Origin: a virus
Lineage: Duplodnaviria > Caudoviricetes
Reading direction: 5' to 3' (one strand)
IMG/VR virus record: IMGVR_UViG_3300032239_001501
Location: 101,510-165,509 of that record
Length of the DNA: 64,000 nt
Shown: one piece after another, positions 1 to 10,656 of the stretch
Layout of the letters: every line of letters begins with the position of its first letter
How positions within the stretch are numbered: the first letter of the stretch is position 1
Translations under genes and position numbers: made by a program
The notes under the pieces: generated by a model
The model's input: only the letters and a program-made list of their open reading frames with translations
The model's database searches: none
What the model was told of the DNA's origin: nothing

Positions 1-606
1 ATCTGAATCATCATCAGATTCTACATCATCCATATCAACTTCTGATGTGTCTCCGTTTTTAGAGAAAATAGCATCAATAACGTCTTGTACTGATTCGTCT
101 GTTTCTTGGTTCATAATTTCATCCATTTCATTCATGTTTATTTCTTCGTCTTCTTCAGACTCACCAAGCTTAACAAGATATTCTGTATCAGCGTCATCAT
201 CTGTTAGGTGAATATTGTTACCATCTTTTTTAACGATGATTCCATCTTCTTCACCCATAGCTTTGAACACTTTCAGAATTTCTTCATCAGATGCGTCAGT
301 TAAATCTATAGGACTTTCTTCTGAATCCATGTCCATGTCTGTATCTACATCCATATCCATTTCATCGTTATCTACATTCATGTCAACATCAGTATCTACG
401 TCAGTATCTACATCTGTGTCGTCCATGTCTGTATCTAGACCAATCTCTTCTTCATCATCTTGTTCTGAGAGAGATTCTTTTACTAATTGATTGATTTCTT
501 CTTTCATTGTAGAATGAAGTATTCCTTTTGCATTTTCGGCAATAGCTTCTTCAACTTGTTTCATTTGAATAAGAGCCTCTTGTACTAAATTTTTATTTTC
601 TTGCAT
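1..606 (-). CDS. Acidic prohead core scaffold-like protein (runs off the window)
   Basis: ATG at 606 reads MQENKNLVQEALIQMKQVEEAIAENAKGIL..., D/E-rich and open to the window edge; lies just downstream of the protease, as T4 gp22 does. Confidence 0.6.
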   Translation of the reverse strand, partial: MQENKNLVQEALIQMKQVEEAIAENAKGILHSTMKEEINQLVKESLSEQDDEEEIGLDTDMDDTDVDTDVDTDVDMNVDNDEMDMDVDTDMDMDSEESPIDLTDASDEEILKVFKAMGEEDGIIVKKDGNNIHLTDDDADTEYLVKLGESEEDEEINMNEMDEIMNQETDESVQDVIDAIFSKNGDTSEVDMDDVESDDDSD

Positions 607-778
607 GAAAAATTATTTATTTAACTTATAAATAGTGTCAACTTGAAAAAAGTTTATGTTATACGATAACAAAGAGACTTATTTTGCAATAAGACACTTA
701 AATTATTTATTTATAATAAATATTTCCATAAAACAAAAAAAGTGGTCATGGACCACTTTATTCATTAATTAATTGATT

Positions 779-988
779 TTACTCAATTACTTCATCAATT
801 TTACTTTCAGACACTGAAGTTATTCTCCAATCATGTGTGAACCCTTCATACTTCTTTGTAACCTTTGCTTCAACATCGGTAACAGAATAACCTCTAACAA
901 GTTTTTCTTCTCTAATTTTTTTAATTTTTCCTGAATTCTCATCAGGTAAGTCATACTGAATTTTTGCTACAAAATATTTTTCTTCCAT
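779..988 (-). CDS. DUF4494-like small protein
   Basis: YFVAKIQY...SGKIKKIREEKLVRGYSVTDVEAKV resembles Bacteroidota DUF4494. Confidence 0.6.
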   Translation of the reverse strand: MEEKYFVAKIQYDLPDENSGKIKKIREEKLVRGYSVTDVEAKVTKKYEGFTHDWRITSVSESKIDEVIE

Positions 989-994
989 TTTTAA

Positions 995-1714
995 TTATTT
1001 TCCTAAAAAATCGTTTAATTTTTTCATTAAGTCAACAGACTTGTCTACAAATTGATTTGAATCTTTACGATTTTTTTCTTCGTCTAAATTTTCTTCATAT
1101 TTATTTCTATCTTCAGGGTTTACAAAAAGATATGCTCCAGGTGTTGATGGTGATGATACTAAGTCAAAACAAATTAATTCAAAATCATCTTGAACCTCAT
1201 TTCTTTCTCCAACTTTTTTTAATGACCCAACTCCTCTTGAGGAAACTCCCATAGTAACTCCTTGTCTCATTAAGTTAGCCGCAATATCTCCTTTAGTTGA
1301 TACCACACCTGTTTCATGAAAACCTGGAGAAGTTAAAAGTTTTATTTTTCCCATCAATATATTTCCTTCCCACCAAATATCTGTGATGAGATGTGATACT
1401 CTATCTAAATCAATTAGTGATGATTCAGGGTGATTTAATTCTGATGTTGATAAACCTTTAGCGATTGCCTTTTTATAATTTTCTGCTTCTCTTTTAAGGA
1501 TTTTTTCAGGATAGAATCTACCATTCCTATTTGGTGTATTATATTTTTGTAATACCGCATAAAATTCAAATGGATTTCTATAATCCAAATTAGCGGCTTC
1601 TTTTAAAATGTCAGCATTAAGTTTATCTTTTGGAGATATGTAACCTGCATCCATTTCAACTAAGATTCCATGCCCAAGTTCGTTTGCTTCTAATATTCTT
1701 AATTTTTTCATCAA
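995..1714 (-). CDS. Prohead core protease (T4 gp21-like)
   Basis: NRNGRFYP, ELNHP, VSHLIT, GVSSRGVGS and FDLVSSPSTPGA motifs. Confidence 0.93.
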   Translation of the reverse strand: MMKKLRILEANELGHGILVEMDAGYISPKDKLNADILKEAANLDYRNPFEFYAVLQKYNTPNRNGRFYPEKILKREAENYKKAIAKGLSTSELNHPESSLIDLDRVSHLITDIWWEGNILMGKIKLLTSPGFHETGVVSTKGDIAANLMRQGVTMGVSSRGVGSLKKVGERNEVQDDFELICFDLVSSPSTPGAYLFVNPEDRNKYEENLDEEKNRKDSNQFVDKSVDLMKKLNDFLGK

Positions 1715-1759
1715 TTGTTTTAAAATAAATATCTAATAATAGATAGTTTATTGATTACT

Positions 1760-2188
1760 TTATTTTTTTGATGTTGAAAAATCAAAATACTTATTTTCAA
1801 TAATATTATTATTAAAGATATTTTTAATAATTTTTTTAATTGAATCTTTAATTTCTTGGGATTTAAAATCCACATCAATTATTGTGTAGAGATTGACTTC
1901 CAAATTAAAAAATGATTTTTTTCCGTGTGATATTCCACTTGTTCGTAGGTCTAAATCAACAATACTTTTTTCTTTAAAGAGTTCTAATGGAATTGAATTA
2001 AAAACTGAATGTTTTATTTCTCTATTTAAATTCCCTACTATTCGGGTCCAATTATCTTGTTCAAATTTTGGTGTAACCCATGATTGTATGTTTATGTATA
2101 CTGATTTTAAATTTTTGGAATCTACAGTTCCATAAGTGGATTTAATAGGATGGTACAAATTTATTTTAACACTTTTCCCTTTTTTCAT
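1760..2188 (-). CDS. Hypothetical protein
   Basis: 142-aa ORF co-oriented with the head module. Confidence 0.6.
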   Translation of the reverse strand: MKKGKSVKINLYHPIKSTYGTVDSKNLKSVYINIQSWVTPKFEQDNWTRIVGNLNREIKHSVFNSIPLELFKEKSIVDLDLRTSGISHGKKSFFNLEVNLYTIIDVDFKSQEIKDSIKKIIKNIFNNNIIENKYFDFSTSKK

Positions 2189-2283
2189 TAATTTTCATAT
2201 TATTATGCGTTTATTTGTTAAAAAAATAACAAATATAAACTCAATAGTCAAAATTTTTATAAAAAATTAGATATTTTTAATAT

Positions 2284-2466
2284 ATGATAATCATTGAAAT
2301 AAAAAATAACGAAAATATTGATAGGGCTCTTAAATTATTAAAATCTAAAGTAATTAAGACAAAACAGAATCAAATTTTATTTGAAAGAAAAGAGTACAAA
2401 AAGAAATCGGTTCTAAGAAGAACCGAACTTTTAAAGGCGAAATATATTCAGAGTAAAAAGAATTAA
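2284..2466 (+). CDS. rpsU: Ribosomal protein bS21
   Basis: 60 aa, basic; ENIDRALK..K.K and RKEYKKKSVLRR pattern of bS21. Confidence 0.85.
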   Translation: MIIIEIKNNENIDRALKLLKSKVIKTKQNQILFERKEYKKKSVLRRTELLKAKYIQSKKN

Positions 2467-3158
2467 ATAGATCCTTCTAAATTTTTTAATTTTAAGAAAT
2501 TTAATTGGTCAAATTTTTCATTTTTAATTCTATCTATTGTTTCTGAAATTTTAGTTTTAACTTCAAACTCTTCTTCTTTTTCTAAAATAACATTTAATTT
2601 AACTATAGTACTTTCTCTAAGTGTTTCAAATTTAGTTTCTAAAGTTTTAGTATCTTCAGAAATTAATTGTAAAAATTCTTTTTTATCATGTTCACTTAAA
2701 TTTTCAATATAACTTCTAAGAGTTTGATTGGCAATACTAACCATTGATTTAATTGGAATATTAATACTTTCTTTTAATGTTTTCTTTTCTGAGATTAAAA
2801 CATTAATAATTTTTTTCTTTGAACTAACTCTTTCGGATAAATTAATTTTATTTATATAAACCAATGTATCAATATCAGAATATTCATTTTTTGATTCGGA
2901 AATTGTTTTAGGTAATTTAATGTCTTTTAATAATTTTTGGATAATATTAATACCTTCTTCTAAGAATTCTTTGGCATCTGATTCAGATAATCCTTGTGGA
3001 GTAGTTAATTGGTCATATAATGAATAGACCTTTGACATAGGTTTATTACTCAATACATTATGTTTGAATTCTCTTAAAGATTTTTTAAAATCCGACTCAT
3101 TCTTGTAGGATTCTATTAAACTTGTTTCAATTATGGATTTTACTTGTCCGAAAGTCAT
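2463..3158 (-). CDS. Hypothetical head-module protein
   Basis: 231-aa helical ORF between portal and protease. Confidence 0.6.
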   Translation of the reverse strand: MTFGQVKSIIETSLIESYKNESDFKKSLREFKHNVLSNKPMSKVYSLYDQLTTPQGLSESDAKEFLEEGINIIQKLLKDIKLPKTISESKNEYSDIDTLVYINKINLSERVSSKKKIINVLISEKKTLKESINIPIKSMVSIANQTLRSYIENLSEHDKKEFLQLISEDTKTLETKFETLRESTIVKLNVILEKEEEFEVKTKISETIDRIKNEKFDQLNFLKLKNLEGSI

Positions 3159-3181
3159 TATTAATAGTTTTCATATAAATA

Positions 3182-5014
3182 TTATGAATTTAGTAACTTA
3201 TCCAATTCTTTTGACATTTCTCCTAAAGAATCTTGACCTTGACCTAAATCCAAGAATTGTGTACCCTCAATTAAATTAGTTTCAACTAAAATATTAAGAT
3301 TATCCAGTCTTGATTCTGGTGTTACAGCACCTTCGGTTGGAGGTGTTTCAGTTCCTTCTGGTGCTGGTGGCGGTGGAGCGCCTCCTCCTAAATCACCTCC
3401 TCCTAAATCTCCACCAGGTGGAGCAGGTTCAGTTGGTGTAGAAGTTGCTGATGTAGTTCCTCCTGAAGATGAGCCATATAATTTATCAATGTTATCAAAT
3501 ATCCCTGTTTTAGTAATAACTGTTGGAGTTGCTTTAAGTTCTTCTCCTACAGCTCTTTCAATTCTTTGTTGTTGTAAATCCAATCTAATCTCTTCATCAG
3601 ACCATCCAAAAATATGTTTTTTAGCCCATGTTGATGAAGTTGCTTGAATACCATTTCCTGGATCCGCAACAAGGTCTTTGTAAAGTAAAACTTTTTCTTT
3701 CCATACATCAATCTTCAATAAGTCTGCTTGTGTTGATGGATTACTAAGTCCTAAAGTAAAGTTTGAAAGTTCATCTTCAAATCCTAATAAAAATAAATGT
3801 ACAATTGCAATTTTGTTTAATTCTTGCAACATACTTTTTTGAATTCTATTAATTGTTCTAGCAAAACGAATGTCCATTAATGCTAAATTCTTACCATCAC
3901 CAACAACTTCTTCAAATCCTAAAAATGCTTTTGGAACACGAAGAGCTGTTAATAATTTCTTTTGAATATATTCAATATCGGCAATTTCAGATAAGTTAGT
4001 CGCACCTGGTAAAGTTGTAATTGGATCAGGTGCTGCAGGGTCTCTAACAGGAATGAAATAATCTTGGTCAACAGCCATTTGATTAAATCTCATATCCACG
4101 TTACCTGTATTCTTATCAACAATTTGTTCTCTTTTAAATTTATTGGCAACACGTTGAACATACGCTTCCACATCATCATCATTCATATTTCCCACAAATA
4201 CTTTGAACATTCTTCTTTCAGGAGCTCTTGATGTACGATAAATTAACATTGCATCTTCAGACAATAATAATTGTTTCCAAATTCTTCTTGCCTTTTCTAA
4301 CATAGAAGTACCATACGGAAGTTTTCTATCATCACCCAATAATCTAAAATGTGCGATTTCCCATGATTGGAAAGTCATGTTCTTATTTTTCCAAGTAAAT
4401 TCTAATGCTTTTGGTTTTTCAGGCTTTTCAATATTAACTGTTATTTTTGCACCTGCACCTGCTTCATGTCTTTCAATTTCAATTGTTGGAAGTTGTTGAA
4501 CTCCAACAATACCTTTTTCAGGGTCAAGTTTTAAATAAACAAAGTTATCACCATACTTACAAGTATTTCTTGTCCACATTGGTAAGTTGGTGTTAATATC
4601 CAAAGAGTTATTGAATAAATCAGCTAATACAGATTTGATACGTTTTGATTCAGAATAAATTTGTAAAATAAATCCGTCTTCATTTGTTGTAGTTGATTCT
4701 TCGGCGTAGATATCTAATGCGGCTGAAATCTCAGGAGTATACTCCATTGATTCATAATCATACTGAGCAGAAAGTCTTGTTGGCTCATAGTACATTGCTT
4801 GAGAATACATATTATTCTCAACTTTTGCCCATTGATTTGATAAATAAAATGTTTGTTGCGCTTGTAATTTTTCCTTTTCGTATTCATCACGATTAGTAGT
4901 ACGTAATAATTCTTTTTTATCAAACTTAAACGTTGGATAATCTTGATTCAACAAAGAATTTGGCCCAAAAGTTTTGGACAAACGTTGCCAAACGGTTAGA
5001 TTTTGATCGCTCAT
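3182..5014 (-). CDS. Portal protein (T4 gp20-like)
   Basis: PEISAALDIYAEE, LLSEDAMLIYRTSRAPERRMF, DYFIP, ITTLPG and DIEYIQKKLLTALRVP motifs. Confidence 0.95.
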   Translation of the reverse strand: MSDQNLTVWQRLSKTFGPNSLLNQDYPTFKFDKKELLRTTNRDEYEKEKLQAQQTFYLSNQWAKVENNMYSQAMYYEPTRLSAQYDYESMEYTPEISAALDIYAEESTTTNEDGFILQIYSESKRIKSVLADLFNNSLDINTNLPMWTRNTCKYGDNFVYLKLDPEKGIVGVQQLPTIEIERHEAGAGAKITVNIEKPEKPKALEFTWKNKNMTFQSWEIAHFRLLGDDRKLPYGTSMLEKARRIWKQLLLSEDAMLIYRTSRAPERRMFKVFVGNMNDDDVEAYVQRVANKFKREQIVDKNTGNVDMRFNQMAVDQDYFIPVRDPAAPDPITTLPGATNLSEIADIEYIQKKLLTALRVPKAFLGFEEVVGDGKNLALMDIRFARTINRIQKSMLQELNKIAIVHLFLLGFEDELSNFTLGLSNPSTQADLLKIDVWKEKVLLYKDLVADPGNGIQATSSTWAKKHIFGWSDEEIRLDLQQQRIERAVGEELKATPTVITKTGIFDNIDKLYGSSSGGTTSATSTPTEPAPPGGDLGGGDLGGGAPPPPAPEGTETPPTEGAVTPESRLDNLNILVETNLIEGTQFLDLGQGQDSLGEMSKELDKLLNS

Positions 5015-5052
5015 ATTGTAATTTTAAGTTGTTACTTTAATAATATAAATAG

Positions 5053-6813
5053 TTATTTAACACCAAATAACCATCCATATGTTTCATAGTCTTTTTTTGT
5101 TGGACCAGAATTATATTGTCTACTATCTCGTCCCATTTGTGGAACCATTGGATTAAAAAATTCTGAAGAATTTTTATTTTCATTAACCACTGTAGACCAA
5201 GAATTTAACATAGCTTTTGTATGATTAACAACTTTTGTGAGAGATTGAAAAGATTTTTCTGCAACATAAATTGCCATAGATATTGCCATAATACAGTCAT
5301 CATGATGACCTTTTTGATGGTCAGGTCTCCCATTTACATAGATAAAAGTATTCATTTCATTATATAATCTATGTGAATAAACTTTAAATTCATGTCTAAC
5401 CGCTTCTTCAAGGGAAGCAATAATTTGAACCCTTTTATTATTGAAATTTATACCAGGAATTTTTTCATTTAATTTTGGATCATATTTCCATTTATTACTT
5501 GTATCAATATTATCAACATACATTCCACCAGCATATTGTAATTCTTGCATTTTTCTTGCTGTCGCAACTCCCATTCCACCAGTTAAATCTACAACACAAT
5601 AAGCATTATACATTGTCCCCCACTTATATGCAATCTCAGCAGTTACATCTGGTGGTACTTTTCCGACATATTCAAGGACTTGTTCTCTTGTATCAAAGTC
5701 AATTATCTCAATACAGCTAAAGTCCTCAGAATCCCCTCTGGATACATCCACACCCATAACGTACTTATGTCCGTTTTCAGGTTCTTTAAATATCCAAAGA
5801 TTTCCTCCCATCATTTTGGCTTGTGGTTCTCTTACTTGATTTTTGGAAATATTTTGCATTAAATCAGAATCAAATACATTATCACCTGAACCTAAAAAGT
5901 TACATTCCAACTCTTGAGCAACTCTTCTTCTATCAAACTTTAATTTTTTAACCATACCTTCAAACCAAGTTGAACATGGTTTGTATCCTTGATCTATATA
6001 GTCTTTAACAACTTGTAGGTCTCTTTCATAAGGATTTTCATTATGTAAACTAACAATAGTATCTTTAGGGTACTCTTCTCTGTTTAATAAAAAATGAACT
6101 AAATCAGGAGTTTTAACCATATACAAATCTTTTGTATATCTTGGGTCTTTATACCAATACATTTCAGAGATTTTGAAATCATTCATTCCTCTTAATGATT
6201 GGTCATAAATTTCATAATAAATTGGATCATATCCATTTGGTGTAGATACAACAATAACCTTACCACCCGTAGATAGTGAGGCCATACAGGCAGACCAGAA
6301 ATCACTATCTGCTTCAATGTATGCTGCTTCATCAAATATCAGTATGGTTGGGGTATAACCACGAAGGGCATCTTTTGATGTCGCAACAGCTTTAACCTCA
6401 CAATCATTATTGAGTTTGAAATGTCTTTGTGAATTTTTTTCTTGTGAGAATCCAATGCCTACCCAAGCAGGCCATTGTTCTGTAAAACCTCTAACTTTAT
6501 TTGCCATTTCAACGGCAGTATCCAATTTATTGGCAATAATTAGAATTTTTTCTGGTTTACTTTTTTTGGCGAATGCAACTTTTTTTGATGCCCATGCTGC
6601 GGTAACAGTAGATACACCTGCTTGTCTATACTTTAATGCTACATTTTCATTGTAAGCATCATAATCTTCAATTAGTTTGATTTGATCTGGAAATAAATCT
6701 AATGGAACGTATTTGGATACGGTATTATCAAATGTCTGTAAATAAGTACGAAGTGCGTAAGGTGTGTTCCTCATGCACTTCGTAACTTCTATAATTAATT
6801 GTTCTTTAGTCAC
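5053..6813 (-). CDS. Terminase large subunit (T4 gp17-like)
   Basis: YRQAGVST Walker A variant, ILIFDEAA Walker B, STPNG, nuclease motifs GVDVSRG and HDD. Confidence 0.95.
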   Translation of the reverse strand: MTKEQLIIEVTKCMRNTPYALRTYLQTFDNTVSKYVPLDLFPDQIKLIEDYDAYNENVALKYRQAGVSTVTAAWASKKVAFAKKSKPEKILIIANKLDTAVEMANKVRGFTEQWPAWVGIGFSQEKNSQRHFKLNNDCEVKAVATSKDALRGYTPTILIFDEAAYIEADSDFWSACMASLSTGGKVIVVSTPNGYDPIYYEIYDQSLRGMNDFKISEMYWYKDPRYTKDLYMVKTPDLVHFLLNREEYPKDTIVSLHNENPYERDLQVVKDYIDQGYKPCSTWFEGMVKKLKFDRRRVAQELECNFLGSGDNVFDSDLMQNISKNQVREPQAKMMGGNLWIFKEPENGHKYVMGVDVSRGDSEDFSCIEIIDFDTREQVLEYVGKVPPDVTAEIAYKWGTMYNAYCVVDLTGGMGVATARKMQELQYAGGMYVDNIDTSNKWKYDPKLNEKIPGINFNNKRVQIIASLEEAVRHEFKVYSHRLYNEMNTFIYVNGRPDHQKGHHDDCIMAISMAIYVAEKSFQSLTKVVNHTKAMLNSWSTVVNENKNSSEFFNPMVPQMGRDSRQYNSGPTKKDYETYGWLFGVK

Positions 6814-6819
6814 AAAATT

Positions 6820-8124
6820 TTATTTGGGTCTTGATATTCCCAAACTACCTAAGAAATCATCTAATCCGTCTTCATCTTCATCATCATTTTCGTCAGAATC
6901 AATATCTTTTTCTTCTTTATATTCCTCAAATTCATCTTTCATATTTTGAGCTTCTTTCATAATTTCTTCAAATTTTGAAGTTGCTTTTCTTACTTTAGAG
7001 TCATCTTCAGATATGGCGTTTCCTATAATTGCCAAAAATTCTTGAGCAGGTATTTGGTATAACAAGATATGGAACCAGTTTATTAGACCTTTGTTTGATT
7101 CGTCAAACATTCTGTCGGGTAATGCAAATCTAAGTTTTTCTACAATTTCAGGTCCTATTCTCAATTGCATTGGTTCGTTAGATAATACATCAACAGCACC
7201 TCTAACTTTTTCACGAATATCGGGATTTTTAGAATGTCCATGTCTTCCTTTCGCTTCTTCTAACCCTTTGATTATTTCATGACATAATATTGGGAAAATC
7301 ATTCCTGTTGCAGTAATTTTTGTGTCAGGACTTTCTTCTCCACCTTCACCACCTTCATCTTCATCATCTGAATCACCTAATTCTACTTTACCAGCAATAC
7401 CTTGTCCTGTTTCACTCATCATCTCAATCATTTGTTCCATAGTAAAATACAGGAAATCATTGATTGCCATAATTCCTAAATAATCTCTATATAATGAAGG
7501 GTCAATAGCGTCTAATCTTGCTTTTACTGATGGCTTTTGAAAAAGATAATGACCTTTTTTTGCAGCTCCTTGAATAATAGCATTTATGATATTTCTCTTA
7601 TGTTTTTCTAATTCTAATTCTTCTTCATCAGTTAAATCTTCAATATCAAATGATGGGATTTGAGGGTTTTCATTTTCCTCTTCATCATCTTCTTCATCTT
7701 CAGGTTCTTCAGGATTAAATCTAAAATTAGAAGTATCTGGCATACCCAATTTAGCATCAATCTGATACCAATCTTCAGGTACTTCACCTTCTTCTAAAGA
7801 TGCGTCAACTGCTAATTGTTCAAGTTCTTCTTTATGAGCACTTTCAATTCTCATGATATTAGGAAGTTTTCTCATCATTTCTTGATAAATCATTCCTTGA
7901 ACTTGTTTAGAATCAATATTTTGATTACCTGTAACTTCTTTAAGTTTGTCGGCAACTTTACCAAATCTTTGGCTTATTAATCTTTGAACATCTTGAGTCC
8001 CTTTTTTCATTGCAGGATTTTTTGCATATAAACTTTCAGGGTCTCCTAATTTTCTTTCCAAATTAGGATCCATTCTTTCACGCCTATTTCCGTAATCTAT
8101 TTGTTCTTTTAATTTCTTTGCCAT
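6820..8124 (-). CDS. Acidic hypothetical protein (probably virion/late)
   Basis: 434-aa D/E-rich ORF directly upstream of the terminase. Confidence 0.6.
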   Translation of the reverse strand: MAKKLKEQIDYGNRRERMDPNLERKLGDPESLYAKNPAMKKGTQDVQRLISQRFGKVADKLKEVTGNQNIDSKQVQGMIYQEMMRKLPNIMRIESAHKEELEQLAVDASLEEGEVPEDWYQIDAKLGMPDTSNFRFNPEEPEDEEDDEEENENPQIPSFDIEDLTDEEELELEKHKRNIINAIIQGAAKKGHYLFQKPSVKARLDAIDPSLYRDYLGIMAINDFLYFTMEQMIEMMSETGQGIAGKVELGDSDDEDEGGEGGEESPDTKITATGMIFPILCHEIIKGLEEAKGRHGHSKNPDIREKVRGAVDVLSNEPMQLRIGPEIVEKLRFALPDRMFDESNKGLINWFHILLYQIPAQEFLAIIGNAISEDDSKVRKATSKFEEIMKEAQNMKDEFEEYKEEKDIDSDENDDEDEDGLDDFLGSLGISRPK

Positions 8125-8128
8125 TTTT

Positions 8129-9013
8129 TTATTTTTCTAACATTTTAATAATAACATCAATTATTTCATTTTTAGCCTTTTCGGGTGAAGTTTTGTTTGC
8201 TTTTGGAGATTCTTTTTCACCAGGGTTTGGATTTTTTCCAGGATGACTTGGTCTTGGTTTTGGTGGCGTTTTAGTTCCAGGTTTAGTTGGAGCTGGTTTT
8301 GTTGTTGGATCCGTAGATGGATTTTGTTCATCAACTTCTTTCTTAACTTTTGTAGATGATTTTTTACCAAATGATTGGATATGTTTTGTTGCAAAATTTT
8401 CTTCTTCATTGAGATGTTTAATTAGATCTCCTTTAGTAATTCTTGGTAAAATATTTCTTTCAACAATTTTCATAATTTCGTTTTCTAAAAACAAAGATAC
8501 AGGATTTTTTCCTTCTCCCAATTGTTTTTTTACTTCTTTAACGCATCTTTCCCACTTTCTTGATTTTTTTGGTCCTACCTGAGAATGGCAAATAGCCCAG
8601 GGATTTGGTTTGTTTTCTTTATTTTTAGCTTCTGCCATACCCATCATTTTTCTATTATTATCTGAGTCATCATCCATTCCATCTTTATTCATATCATTTT
8701 CATCGTGTGGATTGTCTTGCCCTGTAACATTTTGTAATGCATCAGTAGCCAATGCGTCAGAATCAGTTAAATCGTCGGTTTCATCTTCCTCAATTTCAGT
8801 CATTGAAACATTAACACCTTGAGCATTCAAGTTTTTTGCTATTTGAGGTGCTTGTGGATTTTTACTACTTATGGTTGTAACACCTTTTCCTGATACTTGT
8901 TCACCAAGTAATTTTGAATATAAAATATTAATTTGAGATTCAGTTAATTTAGAAACAGTTTTGGCTGTCATTCCTTTTTCAATTAATTCAAGGGCTTTTA
9001 TGTTAGTTTTCAT
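8129..9013 (-). CDS. Hypothetical protein with Pro/Lys-rich tail
   Basis: Probable start MKTNIK; NPWAIC..KWERCV motif; LTESQ..LLGEQ segment. Confidence 0.55.
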   Translation of the reverse strand: MKTNIKALELIEKGMTAKTVSKLTESQINILYSKLLGEQVSGKGVTTISSKNPQAPQIAKNLNAQGVNVSMTEIEEDETDDLTDSDALATDALQNVTGQDNPHDENDMNKDGMDDDSDNNRKMMGMAEAKNKENKPNPWAICHSQVGPKKSRKWERCVKEVKKQLGEGKNPVSLFLENEIMKIVERNILPRITKGDLIKHLNEEENFATKHIQSFGKKSSTKVKKEVDEQNPSTDPTTKPAPTKPGTKTPPKPRPSHPGKNPNPGEKESPKANKTSPEKAKNEIIDVIIKMLEK

Positions 9014-9398
9014 ACACGACTTTCTTTTCAAATTCTAGAATCAAATCTCTTTCATAGAGTTTGTCTTTTATTTTTTGTTCTGTTTCTCCAAATCTAAATA
9101 CCAATCTTTTTTGTCCTTCAGATTCTTCGGTTTCCCAGGCTAATGCAACAACATCATCCATTGCATCTATCATACAAAAAAAATCGGAGTTCTGAATCAA
9201 TTCTAATTTTATATCAGTATTTCTCAGTACTCCTACTTTTTTAATATATTTTAATTCAGGTGGAGTTGGATAACCATTAGATGGTTTACTTTCCCAATAT
9301 TCTCCCCATACATCTAAATCATCAGAAAAAATAAACTCGTAAAGATTGTCTCCCTTATAATTAGGCCCCAAACCGTTTACGTAGATTAAATTACTCAT
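9003..9398 (-). CDS. Hypothetical protein
   Basis: 131-aa ORF overlapping its neighbours in an operon. Confidence 0.6.
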   Translation of the reverse strand: MSNLIYVNGLGPNYKGDNLYEFIFSDDLDVWGEYWESKPSNGYPTPPELKYIKKVGVLRNTDIKLELIQNSDFFCMIDAMDDVVALAWETEESEGQKRLVFRFGETEQKIKDKLYERDLILEFEKKVVYEN

Positions 9399-10636
9399 AT
9401 AATATTTCCTTCTGTTGAAATTTTCTTTTGTCTGCCGTTATTTTCAAAAACTAAATTTTTCTTATTAGTAATTCCAATAAAGTTATAGTTAGAATTTTTT
9501 TCTAAAAATTTCTTAGCTGCCAATTCTTGTTCAATAGTTTCTGTTAATTTAATAACAGAATCCATTTTCTTTTTAATGTCAGATTTAATTTTAATCTGTT
9601 TTTGAGCATTTTTATTTGCAGATTCTCTAATTTCTTTTTTTGTTACTTCAAAATATTTTGAAATTACTTTATCAACTTTAGATTCTTTAAAAATACTATC
9701 CATGATTGCTCCGTTACCATATTCTGCCATTTCAGAACCTGTTTGTTCAACAGGCACATCCATATCTGCTTGAATATCTTCAACTTCAGTATCATCAGTC
9801 ATATCTTCACCTCCCATATCATCTCCACCTTCTTCTCTTTCCTCAGCCTCATCAAATTTTGACATAATATCATCTTTATCTTCTTCACTTAACGATTTTA
9901 AATCTAAAGACGATAAAACCATATTAATAACATATTTGATATTTTCAGAAGTCATTCCTTCTTCATTATCTAATGTTCTAATTTTTTGTGTTAATTTACC
10001 AGTAAGTTTTTGAATTGTTTTAAATGTAACTTGTTCTTCTGCATCTTCTGATCCTGCGTCAACTCCCATATCATCATTCATATCAACATTAACATCTTCT
10101 CCTCCCATATCTGCATTCATATCAACATTAACATCTTCTCCTCCCATATCTGCACCCATATCGGTACTCATATCAGGTGATGGAGGTAATTCTGGTGATG
10201 GAACTGCTGGAGGTTCTGCTGGTGGAGCTGCATCAACTTCAGGTGCCGGAGCAGGTGCCGGTAATTTTAAAGTAAACTTTTTTTGTTCACCAAATAAAGA
10301 AGTTCCTTCTTCATTTTCAGTAAGTCTATTAACTTCTTTAGTTAATAAATTTAATCTTTTTAAAGCTTGTGAATATGAAGAATAATATTTTCTATTTTTC
10401 ATTGGTTCAATATAATCGGCTTCAGATTCATTAATATTTTTCTTAATAATATAACCTTGTCTTTCTTTTACGATTTCATATTTATTACCATCGGCAAGGG
10501 AGATATTATATTCTGAATTTGAAGTTTCATTAATTTTAGATGGAATTACTTCATTAAAACGAGCAATTTCCATTATTCTATTCAATTTATTTTGGCCTGT
10601 AAGCTTTTCACTTCCTATTGCTTTTAAATCTGACAT
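9395..10636 (-). CDS. Acidic hypothetical protein (probable internal head protein)
   Basis: 413 aa; DMGGEDVNVDMN tandem repeat and Pro-rich linker. Confidence 0.6.
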   Translation of the reverse strand: MSDLKAIGSEKLTGQNKLNRIMEIARFNEVIPSKINETSNSEYNISLADGNKYEIVKERQGYIIKKNINESEADYIEPMKNRKYYSSYSQALKRLNLLTKEVNRLTENEEGTSLFGEQKKFTLKLPAPAPAPEVDAAPPAEPPAVPSPELPPSPDMSTDMGADMGGEDVNVDMNADMGGEDVNVDMNDDMGVDAGSEDAEEQVTFKTIQKLTGKLTQKIRTLDNEEGMTSENIKYVINMVLSSLDLKSLSEEDKDDIMSKFDEAEEREEGGDDMGGEDMTDDTEVEDIQADMDVPVEQTGSEMAEYGNGAIMDSIFKESKVDKVISKYFEVTKKEIRESANKNAQKQIKIKSDIKKKMDSVIKLTETIEQELAAKKFLEKNSNYNFIGITNKKNLVFENNGRQKKISTEGNII

Positions 10637-10656
10637 ATTTTGTATTTTTAATTTTT

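Noticed and set aside
5053-6813. Intein or intron in the terminase or portal
   Set aside because: Lengths and motif spacing are ordinary, with no splice-junction motifs
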